A stretch of DNA of 64,000 bases from Clostridia bacterium. Lineage in GTDB: Bacteria; Bacillota; Clostridia; UMGS1883. Positions within the stretch are counted from its first letter, which is position 1. Each line of letters begins with the position of its first letter. Both the position numbers and the translations under genes were made by a program. This document shows, in pieces, positions 62,518 through 64,000 of this stretch. Below the pieces are notes generated by a model. It did no database searches. It saw only the letters and a list, made by a program, of their open reading frames with translations, and had not been told where the DNA came from. Location of the stretch: contig JAUNBL010000001.1 of NCBI GenBank assembly GCA_030527235.1, forward strand, positions 10,294 to 74,293. The letters are read 5' to 3'.

Positions 62518-63475
62518 AATTGATTACCTCCGTTTCATTGGTCAGTTGTAAAATGCGTTCCCGTGCCGTTTTGCAGTATTCGGGGTTAATGTCTATGCCG
62601 ATAAATTTTCGGCTGTTTTTCACTGCAACAATGCCTGTTGTACCGCTGCCGAAAAATGGATCGAGGACAACACCGCCGACAGCTGACCCTGCCATAATGC
62701 ACGGCTCAATTAGTTTTTCGGGATATATCGCAAAATGCCCCGGAATATGCGACGCATTTATCGCCACGCTCCACACATCGCGCCTGTTTCGCATATCCGA
62801 AAAATCCGTTTTATCCCTCGGCATAAATATACCTTGCTTTCTGTCCCTATACTTTGTTTTATCCGACACCCCACGGCTGTATCTTAATATACTGCTCTGT
62901 GCCGCAGGCTCTTTTACTGCGTCATAATCATAATAATACTTTGATGATTTTGAAAGCAGAAATATATGCTCATAGCACTTTGAGGGGCGGTCTTTGACAG
63001 ACTCCGGCATACAGTTTTTCTTGTGCCATATAATGTCCGAGCGTAAATACCAGCCGTTTTCACGCAAGGAAAAGGCAAGCAGCCACGGAACACCTATCAT
63101 ATCCTTTGCTTTTATTCCGTGCCAAATCTTGGGCATATTATAACAAGACGGGTTGTGTTGAGGATTAAGATTTTTATTGCTCCATTCGGATATTTGTTTG
63201 TTCCAGCCGCCTTTACCGTTTCCGGCATAACTGTCAGCAATGTTTAGCCAAAGTGTACCGTCAGCCCTTAACACACGCTTTACCTCATTAAAAACAAGTA
63301 GTAAATTCTGTATGTATTCATACGGCGTTTGCTCGTTTCCGATTTGTGCCTCTATGCCGTAATCACGCAAGCAGTAATACGGCGGACTGGTTACGCACAT
63401 ATTTACGCTTTCCGCAGGGAACGAACGCAATACATCAACTGCGTTTCCGCAAAAAATTTTATTCACATAGAACAC
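62498..63475 (-). CDS. Orphan N6/N4 DNA methyltransferase (beta class)
   Basis: 325 aa with SPPY (CVTSPPYYCLRDY) near the N-terminus and DPFFGSGTT near the C-terminus. No adjacent endonuclease gene. Confidence 0.8.
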   Translation of the reverse strand: MFYVNKIFCGNAVDVLRSFPAESVNMCVTSPPYYCLRDYGIEAQIGNEQTPYEYIQNLLLVFNEVKRVLRADGTLWLNIADSYAGNGKGGWNKQISEWSNKNLNPQHNPSCYNMPKIWHGIKAKDMIGVPWLLAFSLRENGWYLRSDIIWHKKNCMPESVKDRPSKCYEHIFLLSKSSKYYYDYDAVKEPAAQSSILRYSRGVSDKTKYRDRKQGIFMPRDKTDFSDMRNRRDVWSVAINASHIPGHFAIYPEKLIEPCIMAGSAVGGVVLDPFFGSGTTGIVAVKNSRKFIGIDINPEYCKTARERILQLTNETEVINFGDKNQ

Positions 63476-63476
63476 C

Positions 63477-63998
63477 TCATCTTTCCGGCACTGTCTTTCT
63501 CGGTGCTTTCGGCTGCAAGTCGGTCGGTTTTTCGCCGCTTTCGGGTTTTATGAAATCTATTCGATTTGCCGCATAAAAGGCGTTATGATTAAGCTGCCTT
63601 TGCCAAGCCTTATCGCTCGGTGCCCAGCGAAAACCATTAGACTTTAATATCGTTCTTTGTTCTTCGCTCGGTTTGTCATCAAATATTAGCTGCAAACGGT
63701 TTTTATCTTCGTTTATGACCGCTTCGCCGCCGTTAAATTTCCAACCGACAAACTCCGTATTCTGCGTTGCCGTAAGGCTTTCGATACGCTTTTTCAGTCT
63801 GCGTATTTCGGCATTGTTATTTGTAAGGCGGTACGACGGAAACGGCTGCTTATCCCACGAATACGCCTGTTTTATATTTTCATCAAGTTTTGCCGCAAGC
63901 TCGTCCGAAATGCCATCGCAGCCTTTCGTTGTGCCGTTTTTCTTATAATAGGCGTTTACATTTTTCATAAATTCCTGTTCTTTTTCACATTTTTGCAA
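63477..63998 (-). CDS. Conjugative-element protein with a C-terminal GFRWAP module (DUF3560-like?); start uncertain or off the window
   Basis: The frame is open to the window edge (TTG at 63998). A possible ATG lies at 63968. ...LQLIFDDKPSEEQRTILKSNGFRWAPSDKAWQRQLN. Confidence 0.4.
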   Translation of the reverse strand: MQKCEKEQEFMKNVNAYYKKNGTTKGCDGISDELAAKLDENIKQAYSWDKQPFPSYRLTNNNAEIRRLKKRIESLTATQNTEFVGWKFNGGEAVINEDKNRLQLIFDDKPSEEQRTILKSNGFRWAPSDKAWQRQLNHNAFYAANRIDFIKPESGEKPTDLQPKAPRKTVPER

Positions 63999-64000
63999 TT

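Larger units (their letters stand above)
19580..64000 (-). mobile_element. Integrative conjugative element (left junction about 19580-19609; right end beyond the window)
   Basis: A triplet of large serine recombinases sits at one end. VirB4, PrgI-like, NlpC/P60 hydrolase and methyltransferase genes sit at the other. Apart from the inserted IS110 transposase (+), all called genes lie on the minus strand. The element interrupts the prophage integrase gene. Confidence 0.7.

Noticed and set aside
1-64000. Search for tRNA, rRNA, tmRNA genes and CRISPR arrays
   Set aside because: Reading by eye I found no cloverleaf-compatible segment, rRNA-like block or regularly spaced short direct repeats. A tRNAscan, Infernal or CRISPR-finder run would be needed to be certain.

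Overview
This window looks like a low-GC Firmicute (Clostridia-like) chromosome made almost entirely of nested mobile DNA.

- **1-3.36 kb:** a tightly coupled minus-strand operon of micro-ORF, macro domain, ATP-dependent ligase, NadE and a NifS-like desulfurase.
- **3.34-19.58 kb:** the late region of a decaying prophage. It holds a 5'-truncated tail (Tal-like) gene, structural genes, a lysis cassette, a MazF-like TA pair and a tyrosine integrase.
- **DGR:** a diversity-generating retroelement targets the tail-fibre C-terminus. TR and VR differ at 14 positions, all of them adenines in TR, but the RT is split by a +1 frameshift.
- **Unassigned system (my best candidate for something undescribed):** between the lysis genes and the TA pair sit two tandem units, each with its own promoter, a structured leader and a 20- or 24-codon Arg/Val-rich micro-ORF. 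I cannot assign them to any family I know.
- **About 19.58 kb onward:** the integrase gene is cut by a conjugative element longer than 44 kb that runs off the right edge and is read entirely on the minus strand.
  - One end carries three tandem large serine recombinases. The other carries VirB4, PrgI, an NlpC/P60 hydrolase, a bare GGDEF protein and a methyltransferase.
  - Cargo comprises giant secreted or SLH-anchored surface proteins, a YdjGHI-like SPFH/TPM/zinc-ribbon module without PspA, and an unusual sensory island.
  - Two surface-protein transcription units share a ~65-bp operator block with a perfect 17-bp palindrome.
- **IS110-family element:** it sits in the cargo with a candidate bridge RNA and a promoter that is complete only on the excised circle. 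It is flanked by a perfect 125-bp duplication.

I recognised no rRNA, tRNA or CRISPR array. All family calls rest on reading motifs by eye; no searches were run.
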